Assembly: GCA_964016885.1 (NCBI GenBank) | Contig: OZ024743.1 | Span: 196,726,001-196,790,000, forward strand | Reading direction: 5' to 3' | DNA from: Eledone cirrhosa | Lineage: Eukaryota | Length of the DNA: 64,000 nt | Part shown: positions 15,944-28,500 of the stretch, piece after piece | Position numbering within the stretch: position 1 is the stretch's first letter | Layout: the number at the start of each line of letters is the position of its first letter | The notes under the pieces: model-generated | Told to the model about the DNA's origin: nothing | The model's input: only the letters and a program-made list of their open reading frames with translations | Databases searched by the model: none | Program-made: the position numbers and the translations under genes

Positions 15944-17605
15944 CAGCGGTGTATAATGGATATTGCCATAGGGTATACTCTGTGGTTTGCTTTAAAAAAT
16001 ATGTAAAATCACAAACCTTTTACTGTTGCAGAAGGACTCGATAAAAGTATATCAACATCATTTCCAGCAGCGTGAATTACAGTATTACTAAATAAGCTTT
16101 TTAAAAAAATCATTTACCATTGTAGCTGTATTGTGTTTCAGCCAGCATTAAACGTTTCTATCATATGTAAAGCAAAAATCGAGGGCTGTAAACAACAGCT
16201 GATTTTGTTAAATTAACGTCCTCTAAACTTTGACCAGGCTTAATATTTGTTTATATATTTCTAAGTCTGTATCATTAGATTTGAAAACAGGCGGTAGATT
16301 GGTAGATTCGAGAAAATGCCTTGCGAAATTTAATTCAAATCACGCCGAGGTCGACTCCGACTTTCATCTTTTCAGATGAATTACGTAACTGTCTTTATCC
16401 CATTGCAGAAACTAATTAGTTGGAGTGAAAATTTAAGTAAGAAAAAAATTTTTTTTAAATTTTTTTTAAAAAAATATTTTTTTATTTTACGTCCTTTATA
16501 TTATTGTTCTGCATTCTCCTGCATTGAACCACCTAGGTACTATGACATAACCTGTGTATTTGCTGGCATGGGCGTGCATCTGTGCGCTTATGTTAGTTGA
16601 TATATTAAATTATCTATATTTATCTCCAAATCACTGATTTGTCGAGCAAACTTGTCAAAACCACTTCTAAAAAAATTTTTTTTGGGGTGTTAGTAGGCGT
16701 CAGTCATCTTACCATCCCATTCCTTCTAACTAGCCTCTGTGTCACGTGATTGATTCTTTAGAATCGGCCATTTGACTTGAAGCAGTGAGAATTTCGGTAC
16801 ATAGAAATTCAGTCCTCGCAAGCTGTTCGATCTACCGAATTATTATTATTTTTATATGAGCCGCCAGTGTCCGCGCATTGCCTGGAGACTTAACTGAGAA
16901 TAGACTTCCTGATGACGCAATGAATTCTCGACAGTTGAATTACGTAACTGTCTTTATCCCATTGCAGAAACTAATTAGTTGGAGTGAAAATTTAAGTAAG
17001 AAAAAAATTAAATTTTTTTTAAAAAAATATTTTTTTATTTTACGTCCTTTATATTATTGTTCTGCATTCTCCTGCATTGAACCACCTAGGTACTATGACA
17101 TAACCTGTGTATTTGCTGGCATGGGCGTGCATCTGTGCGCTTATGTTAGTTGATATATTAAATTATCTATATTTATCTCCAAATCACTGATTTGTCGAGC
17201 AAACTTGTCAAAACCACTTCTAAAAAAATTTTTTTTGGGGTGTTAGTAGGCGTCAGTCATCTTACCATCCCATTCCTTCTAACTAGCCTCTGTGTCACGT
17301 GATTGATTCTTTAGAATCGGCCATTTGACTTGAAGCAGTGAGAATTTCGGTACATAGAAATTCAGTCCTCGCAAGCTGTTCGATCTACCGAATTATTATT
17401 ATTTTTATATGAGCCGCCAGTGTCCGCGCATTGCCTGGAGACTTAACTGAGAATAGACTTCCTGATGACGCAATGAATTCTCGACAGTTGAATTACGTAA
17501 CTGTCTTTATCCCATTGCAGAAACTAATTAGTTGGAGTGAAAATTTAAGTAAGAAAAAAATTTTTTTTAAATTTTTTTTAAAAAAATATTTTTTTATTTT
17601 ACGTC

Positions 17606-17654
<49 letters not shown>

Positions 17655-17823
17655 ATATATAGAGAGAAACACACAAATACATGCGGACACATACATATAC
17701 ATGAATATATCCACACATATCCCTGAGTTAGTGGTGCCAACCTATATATATATAGGTATGATATATCTTATTACTAATTATATCTAATGTTTCTTCTCTC
17801 TTCATAATGTACTATATATACAT

Positions 17824-17869
<46 letters not shown>

Positions 17870-18301
17870 CAGCGGTGTATAATGGATATTGCCATAGGGT
17901 ATACTCTGTGGTTTGCTTTAAAAAATATGTAAAATCACAAACCTTTTACTGTTGCAGAAGGACTCGATAAAAGTATATCAACATCATTTCCAGCAGCGTG
18001 AATTACAGTATTACTAAATAAGCTTTTTAAAAAAATCATTTACCATTGTAGCTGTATTGTGTTTCAGCCAGCATTAAACGTTTCTATCATATGTAAAGCA
18101 AAAATCGAGGGCTGTAAACAACAGCTGATTTTGTTAAATTAACGTCCTCTAAACTTTGACCAGGCTTAATATTTGTTTATATATTTCTAAGTCTGTATCA
18201 TTAGATTTGAAAACAGGCGGTAGATTGGTAGATTCGAGAAAATGCCTTGCGAAATTTAATTCAAATCACGCCGAGGTCGACTCCGACTTTCATCTTTTCA
18301 G
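14445..18301 (+). repeat. Near-identical tandem duplication of ~1.93 kb (14445-16375 and 16377-18301)
   Basis: Array units plus unique flank are repeated; 6-bp deletion near 17008; the junction interrupts a SINE. Confidence 0.9.
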
Positions 18302-18350
18302 GGGTCGAAAATTAAAGTGAAATCAAGTACTGGAGTCGATATAACCAACA
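18216..18350 (+). mobile_element. Degenerate tRNA-derived SINE (truncated duplicate at 16290-16375)
   Basis: ggcggtagattggtag head, ttcaaatc B-box, ctttcatc..ggggtcga core. Confidence 0.65.
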
Positions 18351-18502
18351 GTTTCTACACCACAAAATTATGTAAGGAAATTATTAACAGAAAATAATTA
18401 GTAACTTACATTCATTGAACATTTACACATGCACAAGATCCGAGCACACAAACAAACAAAAAACTCCCATTGTCACTGTCTTCGTCTCTCCAACTCTCCC
18501 CA

Positions 18503-18697
18503 GGCGGTGGATTGGCAGTATGGGTAGAGGGTCGGACGCCATGCTTTGCAATATAGAGTAACGCCCCTTTACGATCTAAGTTTAAGTCTCGCTGGGGTTA
18601 ACTTTGCCTTTCATCCTTACGGGGTCGATAAAATATAGTACCAGTAATGCACTAGGGTAATTGCTGGCCTTGTGCCAAAAGTAGAAACAACTATTAT
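18503..18697 (+). mobile_element. tRNA-derived SINE
   Basis: A-box TGGCAGTATGGGTAG, core gcctttcatccttacggggtcgataaa, tail ggccttgtgccaaaagtagaaacaa. Confidence 0.85.
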
Positions 18698-18870
18698 GAA
18701 CAAATGGGGCGAACGCGATGGCCACCCCGCGGCCCCGTCGAACAAAATTATTATGAGAGTATCTTGTCGACAGCAAAACTAAAATTCTTATAAAGAAAAT
18801 TAGTTTCATTTAATGAATATTCAACGAATTGTAATATTTTGATATTTGTTTCCAGAATAGTAATATATAT

Positions 18871-19452
18871 ATATTTCGTTTCTGAATTTGTTTAGCAAGA
18901 TTCTTTATCTGAAATCGTGTGTTGAAACCGATATTGTTATACTTTGGGAGGGTCATGTTGCCAATAAGAAACACACGCACCAGTTGCTTTCACTTCAATT
19001 TATTATATATTTATAAATTTACAAATCTACAAATTTATAAATTTCTGGTTGGTTGGTTGGTTCCACAACCAGATAGTTGTTTATATATAGTCATAGTCCT
19101 TTCGTCGCACACTCTGTGACCTCTTCAGTGACTGGGGATTCCTTTCTTTGTTTCTGTGCCTTTCCTTTCTTCTGTCCTACGCCATTTTGTTTCTGTGTGT
19201 GTCAAATGGCGTAGGACAGAAGAAAGGAAAGGCACAGAAACAAAGAAAGGAATCCCCAGTCACTGAAGAGGTCACAGAGTGTGTGACGAAAGGACTATGA
19301 CTATATATAAACAACTATCTGGTTGTGGAACCAACCAACCAACCAGAAATTTATAAATTTGTAGATTTGTAAATTTATAAATATATAATAAATTGAAGTG
19401 AAAGCAACTGGTGCGTGTGTTTCTTATTGGCAACATGACCCTCCCAAAGTAT

Positions 19453-19459
<7 letters not shown>
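18871..19459. mobile_element. Fold-back HHR-bearing element (~265-bp inverted arms)
   Basis: 18932-19196 is the reverse complement of 19204-19458; same family at 59176-59890. Confidence 0.88.
19258..19302 (+). ncRNA. Minimal type I hammerhead (mirror copy at 19089-19133 minus)
   Basis: AGTCA CTGAAGA G GTCAC agagtgt GTGAC GAAAGGACTA TGACT. Confidence 0.8.
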
Positions 19460-19545
<86 letters not shown>

Positions 19546-19655
19546 TTTAAAGTGTAGAAAACTTAAATACGTTTCTAAAACAGTTAAAACTGTTTAGGAT
19601 GATTATCATTAAACCACAGTAGCACATATCTTACAGAGATTATATATCACTATAC

Positions 19656-19709
<54 letters not shown>

Positions 19710-19716
<7 letters not shown>

Positions 19717-20130
19717 CTCTACATGGCTGAATACAATAAATGTAATCTGAGTTTTTCGAATATTAATAATTGTTTCTACTTTTGGCACAAGGCCAGAAAT
19801 TACCAGTATTACTGGTACTTTATTTTATCGACCCCGTAAGGATGAAAGGCAAAGTTAACCTCGGCGGGATTTGAACTCAGAATGGCAAGGGCCGTAACTC
19901 AATGCGTGAAAGCATGGCGTCCGACCCTCTACCGATACTGCCAATCCACTAAAAAAAAAAAAAAATAATAATATTCGATTCGTTTGCAATTGTGCAAACA
20001 AGCCTCATTTTTAAAGCCATTCATTCTTGCTCTTATATTGGCATGTAAACAGAACTGCAGACACTAAGGTTTCTGTGTATTACTCTTCATCAGTACAGTT
20101 CACTGTTCACCTGCCAACTGTCAGAGCTAG
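19710..20130 (-). mobile_element. HHR-bearing element (36-kb family) interrupted by a SINE
   Basis: Reverse complement of about 35990-36230; degenerate HHR at 20053-20100. Confidence 0.75.
19766..19949 (-). mobile_element. tRNA-derived SINE
   Basis: Reverse complement of the 18503/52021 family; B-box GAGTTCAAATCC. Confidence 0.88.
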
Positions 20131-20367
20131 TGAATATATTATGTAGCTACATTATGTATTATGTAGTTAAATGTATTTAGTCCAACAGCGGCTGTCGGTG
20201 TCAATGCTCACCGAGCATATATATATATGAAATACAAGGACCAATGGTTAAGCCTTCATTTATTGGTTGGTGACGCGCGTTTCGCTATGATCAGCTCAAG
20301 GTTGGATCTGTATCGATCTAGCCCAATGAACGTAATGAAGGAATAACCATTCATCATGGTTCATTAT

Positions 20368-20556
20368 TTGGATTGGCAGTAGCGGTAGAGGGTCGGACGC
20401 CATGCTTTCCAGCATAGTTACTCCCTTTACGATCTGAGTTCAAATCCCGCGGAGGTTGACTTTGCCTTTCATCCTTACGGGGTCGATAAAATAAAGTACC
20501 AGTAATGCACTGGGTAATTGCTGGCCTTGTGCCTAAAGTAGAAACAATTATTATAT
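20368..20556 (+). mobile_element. tRNA-derived SINE
   Basis: TGGCAGTAGCGGTAG A-box, GAGTTCAAATCC B-box, same core and tail. Confidence 0.88.
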
Positions 20557-20675
20557 TACACTCTGTCTACACCTACACCTCGATACTGACGGGAACCTAG
20601 ACATCGAGTGTTCACCCGGGTGAACCTACAGTAACTCCGCGTTACACTCCCTGTATGTATATATATGTGTGTGTG

Positions 20676-20714
<39 letters not shown>

Positions 20715-20719
<5 letters not shown>

Positions 20720-21319
20720 TGATGAGGGACTCATTTTATAACATGTTATCCATGTGCAACCATGCAGTATTCTTCTCCCCCATATTTTTCATATATTTAC
20801 CTAAACTGCGATTCTGTGTTTCTCTCTTTCTCTCTTACTGCTCCCTCGTTCTCTCTGTTTCTCTTACTTTCTTTCGTCCCCTCTGTCAAGTCAGTTAACA
20901 CTTTCTCTCTACTGACCTCTTCCTCGCACTCCCACTCACTCAGTCCCTGTTTCTCCCCTTCTTACTTCCTCCCGTTCGCTTCGAAAACGATTTTCCTTCT
21001 TTCTAACATCCGATTCACTAGCGAAAGGTCTGTTTCTAACTCGCACATATATTCACACAGCTTATGCTGAAAGAATAACCATGTTGCTTGTGTTTATTTC
21101 CATCTTCGGTTAGCTTTCCCCTGTGTTGTTTACTTGTCTCACTCGCTTAACGCGTTTCTATTGTCCTAATAACTTATTTTAGTTATTATCGCTCCAACGT
21201 GAGGTATATGATTTTTAATGCGATGAAATACCAATGATCGTTGGCAAATCACTGATGAGGGACTCATTTTATAACATGTTATCCATGTGCAACCATGCAG
21301 TATTCTTCTCCCCCATATT

Positions 21320-21325
<6 letters not shown>
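20715..21325 (+). mobile_element. 533-bp retrozyme-like unit with ~80-bp terminal direct repeat, carrying the permuted hammerhead
   Basis: 20715-20794 repeated at 21248-21327; flanked by (TA)n. Confidence 0.85.
21163..21263 (+). ncRNA. Candidate non-circularly permuted hammerhead ribozyme
   Basis: GTCC TAATAAC..GTTATTA TCGC t CCAACG tga GGTAT A TGATTT ttaat GCGA T GAA ATACC aatgat CGTTGG c AAATCA CTGATGA G GGAC. Confidence 0.75.
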
Positions 21326-21364
<39 letters not shown>

Positions 21365-21375
21365 TATAAATGTAT

Positions 21376-21433
<58 letters not shown>

Positions 21434-21566
21434 GTGAGGTTTTTTTTACAAAATGAAAAATAACCGAGGTGTCCTACACGAGTGGAAGTATAAAGAAAAA
21501 GGGATGAAATCGAAAATGCAACTGAAGTCTTATTTTTAAAAAAAATATATATATATTTATTTGGTT

Positions 21567-21604
21567 CCTTTACCGGTTTCGCAGTTCTTCTGCTTTTCAA
21601 AAGG
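21567..21604 (-). ncRNA. Minimal hammerhead, U3-A8 core variant
   Basis: CCTT TTGAAAA GCAG aagaa CTGC GAAACCGGTA AAGG. Confidence 0.75.
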
Positions 21605-22635
21605 TGAGTTGAGATGGAGGGTCTGTGGTTTTTCTCACATCTGGTTGGTCTCTAAATGTTACTTGTTTTATATGGAAAAAGTGGCTCGAAAACCAGGTTT
21701 TTCGAGAAGTAATTTGATTGGTTTGTCAATAATTATAATAAATTTCGCGCCAGTTCGCGTTACAATAGTTCTTCAAATAAGAGAGGGGGGGGGGGGGTTG
21801 TCACAGGTTGTTTTTTCATATATGAGTGTTTGAATTTCTTTTTACTTGAAAAAATGAGGCTCACGAAGGCTTTTTTTTGGTTGGTTATAAATGAAATTTG
21901 GCTGTCACGTGAACAAGTTTTCATTACATTTTTGCGCCCTTATTTGGAAAACTATTCTGTAGTCTTTATAGTGAATGTTATGACAATGGAGAGATAGTGG
22001 TCAAGGGAAAAGGGATTGGGAGAAATGTTCTGGTTCAGTGAATATGGCCAGCTGTCAGAGTTCAGGTGTCAGACTTCAGATTTTCTATTGAGACTGAAGA
22101 TATGTTTATTTGTGTGCTTGTGTGTGTGTATATGTGTGTGTGTGTATGTGTGTATTGGAAGATGATTCTATTAGTAGAGATGGGGGAGGGAGTTGTGTGT
22201 GTGTGTATATGGGTGTTATGTGTGTGTGTGCGAGTATGTTAGATGGAGAGAATATATATTTTGTGTGTGTGTATATATATATGTGTGTAGGAAAGTGGTT
22301 CTATTAGTAGAAATGGGGAGGGTGTTGTAGGTGTGGGGGTTGTTATGTGTGTGTATGGGTGTTATGTGTGTGGGAGTATGGTTAGCATGTTAAGATGAAG
22401 AGAATATATATATATATATATATTGTGTGTGTGTGTATGTGTGTGTGTAGGAAAATGATTCCTTTAGTAGGAATATTTTTGAATGAACATATTTTCCTGA
22501 CTTTTTCGTGTTTGCTGTTGTATTGCCAGTGCAAACGTATGTTTAAGGTTTGTTTAGTTCGGGTTTTTATTTTCTAAAGTAGAAGGTGTTATGTGTGTGT
22601 GTGTATGTCATATTGTGGTGTTGACATAATGTATA

Positions 22636-24852
22636 TTAAACCTTATTTAATGTTGGTCTATATTTTTGAATAAACATATTTTCCTTATTTATTCGCATTT
22701 GTTCTGTTGTATTGTTAGCGCAAAGGTAAAATGGGAAGACTTGGAATTTGGGTGTCTTATTACTTGCGCAAATGTCTAGATGTGCACTTAGTGGTATCTG
22801 TCTCGTGGTTGGATCTCGTAATTGTTGGCGATGAACTGTCATTCTGTTTCTGAGTGTGAGTTTAGTTTGTCCTATATAATCTTCATTGCATCCTTTACAT
22901 TTAATGGCATAAATTAGATTTTTTGATGAGCAAGTGAAGTGATTTTTTACAGTAAAATTTTGTCCTGATTTAAATGTATACGTGTTGCCTTCAATGAGGT
23001 GAGTGCAGGTTCCACAATTAGAGCGACCACATTTTTTGATACTTGGTTGTGGGTTTGTGGTAGGTAATTTGGCATTGGTGAGTAATGTTTTCAGTGATTT
23101 TGGTTGTCTTTTGCTTTTGATTATTTTGTGTGTTTCAAGGGCTTTTTTTCATTCTTGGGTTTTGTTTTAGTAGTGGGATGTTATTGTGAATAGTTTTGTA
23201 AGCTTCCGCATTTCTTGGGTTGTGTGTTGAGATATATGATAGAATATTGGACGTACCTTGAATTTGTTTCTGTTTCCGTAATTCATCAATGCCTATTGCT
23301 TTAGCCCTTTCTATTCCATTATTTATTAGTAATAGTGGGTACTCTCTCTCAAGTAGAATTTCCTTTAATTCTTGAAGTCTTTTATTTCGCGTTTCATAAT
23401 TGGAGACAATTGTGCAAATTCTTCTTGCTAGGTTAAAAGGAATGTTCGTCTTCGTGTGCTTTGGATGGTTGGAGGTGAATAGCAGATATTGTTTGGAATC
23501 TGTTGGTTTGTAGTGTATGTCAGTTTCGATATTTGTGTCTTTTTTGTGATTAAGATGTCCAGAAATGGGAGTTGATCTTGGCTGTATTCCATTGTGAATT
23601 GGATGTGGTTATTGATGCCGTTTATTAAGTTTTTGAAATCCTTCAGTTGGTCGAGTGTGTGGGACCAAAGAATGAGGCAATCATCCAAGTAGCGTTTCCA
23701 ATTCTCTGATAAATATTTGTGGAAGTTCAATCCGTATTTTGATTTGGACTGTTCATATATCTGGACTTCTAAGTATGCCATGACTAAGTTGGCATAAGTT
23801 GGAGCGGCTTTTGTGCCCATCGCAGTCCCCGATATTTGCTTGTAAGTATTGCCATCGAAATCAAAAAAGTTGTTCTGTAGGATGAATTTTAATCCCTCGG
23901 TGATGAAGCTTTTTTCTATTCTGTCAGGTATCTCATTGGGATATTTCTCTAGCCAGAATCCTATTGCTTCTAGTCCGTATTGGTGTGGGATCGTTGTGTA
24001 GAGATTCACTACATCGAAAGACACAATAATAGTGTCGTTGTTGACATGTTTGGGGAGGTGGTTTAAGAGGTCCAGATCGTCTCTTACAAGGCTTGGTATG
24101 TGTTTCAGTATTGGTTTCAGTAGTATGTCTATAAAGTTGCTCAATCTGTGTGTTTCACATTGTGGGCCCGCTACAATTGGTCTTAATTTAAGGTCTGTGG
24201 GGTATTGTGTGTTCACGCAGGCTGAGGTGGATTGTTTACAGGCATCGTTGATTATTTTACATTTGTGGATCTTCGGAAGTCCGTAAAGGTTGCTGGTTTT
24301 GTATTCAAAATTTGTTAAATAATCGCGTTCCTTTTTAGTTAGGTCTTCCTGGTATCGATAAATCAGTGTGTTTAATTTGGTCATTATTTTTGATTGCTGG
24401 TAGTTTTTTACTCTTTCATAGTAATTAGCATTTTGTAAGAGAGAGAACATAGAATTTTTATATTTTTCAGCCTCCATAATGACAACAGTACTTCCCTTGT
24501 CCGCTTCCTTAATTACAATGTCCGGATTGTTTTTTAGTTCATGGATAATCTCCCATTCCCTTCGACTTGTGTTGGGTTTGGGTTTAGGTTGCGGTAGTTC
24601 ATGGTATGGGAAGGTAGCTATGTGGTCACAAAATTTGTCCAGAACTCTGTTTCTACCTTTTGTTGGGTTGTAGCTGCTTTTATTCCGTACAATTGATTCG
24701 TCGTTATTCTCCTTGTCAAAGAATTCCTCTGTGTGACGTAATTTTCTACAGAAGTGTGAGATATCGTCATTTATCTCGTTGGGGTTAGGATATTGTGGTG
24801 TTGGTGTGAATTTCAGACCTTTGGAGAGAATTTTTACTTGTTGGGCTGAGAG
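22636..24852 (-). pseudogene. PLE RT + GIY-YIG, frameshifted
   Basis: LSKGLKFTP, IKEADKGS, YGLPKIHK, RPIV, GTAMGT, WKRYLDD; NLIYAIKCKGCNEDYIGQT at about 22865-22920. Confidence 0.9.
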
Positions 24853-25170
24853 ATTTATTATAATTATTGACAAACCAATCAAATTACTTCTCGAAAAACC
24901 TGGTTTTCGAGCCACTTTTTCCATATAAAACAAGTAACATTTAGAGACCAACCAGATGTGAGAAAAACCACAGACCCTCCATCTCAACTCACCTTTTGAA
25001 AAGCAGAAGAACTGCGAAACCGGTAACCAAATAAATATATATATATTTAAAAAAAAAATAAGACTTCAGTTGCATTTTCGATTTCATCCCTTTTTCTTTA
25101 TATATATATATATATATATATTAGTATAAATGTATACATATATATATATATATTAGTATAAATGTATACA

Positions 25171-25254
<84 letters not shown>

Positions 25255-25514
25255 CACATGTACCACGCGGTTAAACCACTGAGAGTGAAGGACCCATAGC
25301 CTTTGTCAGGGCGTTCTTCTAGGAGAAGGCAACTCAGGAAACTGGGATAACTCCGATATAAAACCTGCGGCTCAGTAGTTACCGATGATGTTGATCATTT
25401 CTTCTTTTCGAGTTATAGCTACTGTCGCTCAGAGAGTGGGATTGGCTCAGTGCACAGACTTTCCTCACTTTAAAAAATATGTTCACACACAGGCATTGCA
25501 CGATAGAATCGTTA

Positions 25515-28500
25515 TCTATAAAAGGCAGATTGTTGTTGTTGTGTGTGTGCGCATGTTCAATGTTTATACATTTGCACAATTTCAAACCGATTCGACTTAA
25601 AGTCTGGAAGAATGTTGTAAATAGTCTAACTTAGGTCAACAACTATTTATTTATTTCAACCTCGCCCACAATTACGGAAATGATCGATAAAACTAAATAC
25701 ATGACGCTTTACCCCTCAAATACAATCTGATTTATACTACCTAACTCCCATACATACTGCCACCTTCTCTTATATACGCTTATAAACCCACTCCTTAATA
25801 ATTTCACACAATTACATTTTGTGTATAACATATTTACACGTTTAGTGAGTGAAAAAAAAACACATAGGGATTTTGGGCCAAACAACTTCACATTGCTGCA
25901 TATTTACACGTTTATTGAGTGAAAAAAAAAACCACATAGGGATTTTTGGCCAAACAACTTCACATTGCTGACAGAAGCGCGCTTTAAACAAACTGTGAGT
26001 TATTTATTTGCCTCTGTAAGAATGTTGTCAATGGTCTAACTTAGGTCAACGACTATTTATTTATTTCAAAATCACCCACAATTACGGAAATAATTTCCTC
26101 TCTCTACTCCACATAAAAATCGAAAAAAAAAAATACATGCTCACACACAATTATATTTTGTGTATAACATATTTACACGTTTATTGAGTGAAAAAAAAAA
26201 AAATATTTATTTTTGGCCAAACAACTTCAAATTGCTGACAGAAACGCGCTTTCAACAAACTGTGAGTTATTTATTTGCCGTTCGTACTCCCATTTTTTCC
26301 CCTGCGGAACGCAGACAGTTTTCAGCCTTATACTTTCAAAGGCAATTTTGCTGTAGAAGTAACTTTCACCCTTTCTTTTTCACATAAAAGGCCACCTAAA
26401 AAGAGAAGTCGCCTCGGTCGCCATACCGCGTCAGCGGCGGCGAAGAGGGCGATTACAGCAAACGAGCCCCCGAGAAAACTGCTTTAAGACTTTCACAGAA
26501 CGCCTTACGTTCAGCGGAATGCAGAGCTGCTGGAAGTTTTCAACAACGCACCGCATACCTAGCCAAGATGGCTTCATACGACGCCTCGAGACGTACTGCG
26601 ATGTGCGATTCAGAGCGGGCGATACGTCATTCCAAAAAAAACGCTTCTATTGCTACTTCCAGGGCTTCAGAGGGCCCGGAACAAAGGGCGACTCGCCTGA
26701 ATAGAAACGCTGCTGCTACTGCTGCTTCTAGGGCGTCAGAGGGCCCGGAACAAAGGGCGGCTCGACTGAATAGAAACGCTGCGGCTACTGCTGCTTCCAG
26801 GGATTTGGAAGGTTTGGAACGGCGGGCGAATCGCATTGCTAGGAACGCTGCGGCTATGACTGCTTCCATGGCTTCTGAAGATGCAGACGGGCGCTCCATT
26901 AGGATTGCAAGGGTGGCTTCTGCTACTGCTGCGAGAGCTTCCCATGACCCACAGGAGCAACATTCTACGTTGGAGCGGAACAGTCGACGACAAGAAGCTG
27001 CCCGCGGTGTGACGAGCCACGACAGCCCATACTGGCACCTACGGGCTTTCAAGTATGAGCCCAACGTTAACTACTCGATGTGTGCCGACATAAATATAAG
27101 GGAAATGCGCTTCAATTGCAAAATCTGCAATGCTAAAAAGTGGGCTGAGGAGCCACCTGCAATGTGCTGCTTAAACGGTAAGGTCAGCTTTCCCCCTCTT
27201 GGGGAACCACTAGAGCCTTTGAAGGAACTACTTACTGGTTCTACCTCAAGGTCATCCAAATTCCTTCAACTCATCAGGAAGTACAATTGTGCGTTTCAAA
27301 TGACTTCTTTCGGGGCTAACGTTGTCAGAGAAAGTGGTTGGATGCCTACTTTGAAGGTCCAAGGACAGGTGTACCATCTTATTGGGTCGCTCCAGCCACT
27401 ACAAAATTACAAGCCTTCGTTCCTTCAAATTTACTTCATTTCTAAATACAGTAGGTAAGTTGATGCGCGGTTCGGCGTTATTCCAACACCTGCAAACACT
27501 GACGTTGACACTTTTGAAAGGGACGTGCTGCTCGGTCTTCAAAACTTGCTTCATGAGCACAACAGTTATATTCGCAGTTTCAAATACGCATTGGAAACAA
27601 ATCCTTCACCAAACTTCACCATTGTCATCGATGCTGACAAAAGACTTTCTGGGGAGCACGCACGCCGTTATAACACTCTTTCGTGCAATGAAGTGGCCGT
27701 AGTTATCCATGGTGAACAGCACAATAAGCGAGACATAGTTCTTCAAAGTTGTGACAGTGGTCTTCGACGTATTAATGAGACGCATCGTTCATACGACGCC
27801 CTGCAGTATCCCCTTCTTTTTGCATACGGAGAAGACGGGTACCATTTCGGCATTCCTCAGCGCAAACCAAACGAGCCCACTGCTGCGACATCTAAAACTG
27901 TTTCATGCATGGCTTTATACTCATACCGCTTCATGACGAGGCCTAACGATTTCAGCACCCTGCACAGGTCACGGGAACTGTTTCACCAGTTTGCAGTTGA
28001 CATGGCTGTAAAGATGGAGTCGGAGAGACTGTGCTTCATAAAATTGAATCAAAAGCAGCTGCGCTCAGACTCCTACATCCATTTGCGTGACGGCATCAGG
28101 AATGACACTGACCCCCGGAACATCGGCAAAATGTGCATTCTCCCCTCAACCTATACGGGTGGGGGGGGCGGGCGGTACTTGCACGAGCGAACACAGGACG
28201 CTATGACGTTCGTTTGGCATTATGGGCGCCCCGATTAATTCATCATGTTTACGTGTAACCCCAAGTGGGTTGAGGTTACGCGTGAACTTATCCCAGGGCA
28301 GCAGTACTGCCATCGGCATGATATTATTGCCAGGGTTTTCAGGCAGAAGCTGGCTAAGCTAATTGATCTAATAAAAAAAGGGAAGGTTTTCGGGCCTGTT
28401 AGGTGCCACATGTATACTGTTGAGTGGCAGAAGAGAGGGTTGCCACACGCGCACATTTTGGTTTGGTTGGTCACCAAAATAGACCCTACAGTTATAGATG

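Larger units (their letters stand above)
21428..25100 (-). mobile_element. Penelope-like element (Neptune-like) with inverted pseudo-LTR at its 5' end
   Basis: 24854-25100 is the reverse complement of about 21490-21742; RT + GIY-YIG body. Confidence 0.93.

Noticed and set aside
12848-17610. CRISPR-like array
   Set aside because: Units are identical 559-bp repeats with no unique spacers; no cas genes; eukaryotic context
12864-17787. Repeated 93-aa ORF MPGDLTENRL...
   Set aside because: TTG start, crosses poly-T/A tracts, frame broken in the 39-kb relative; an echo of the non-coding 559-bp unit
18503-18590. tRNA gene
   Set aside because: A/B boxes belong to SINE heads; no complete cloverleaf; followed by SINE core and tail
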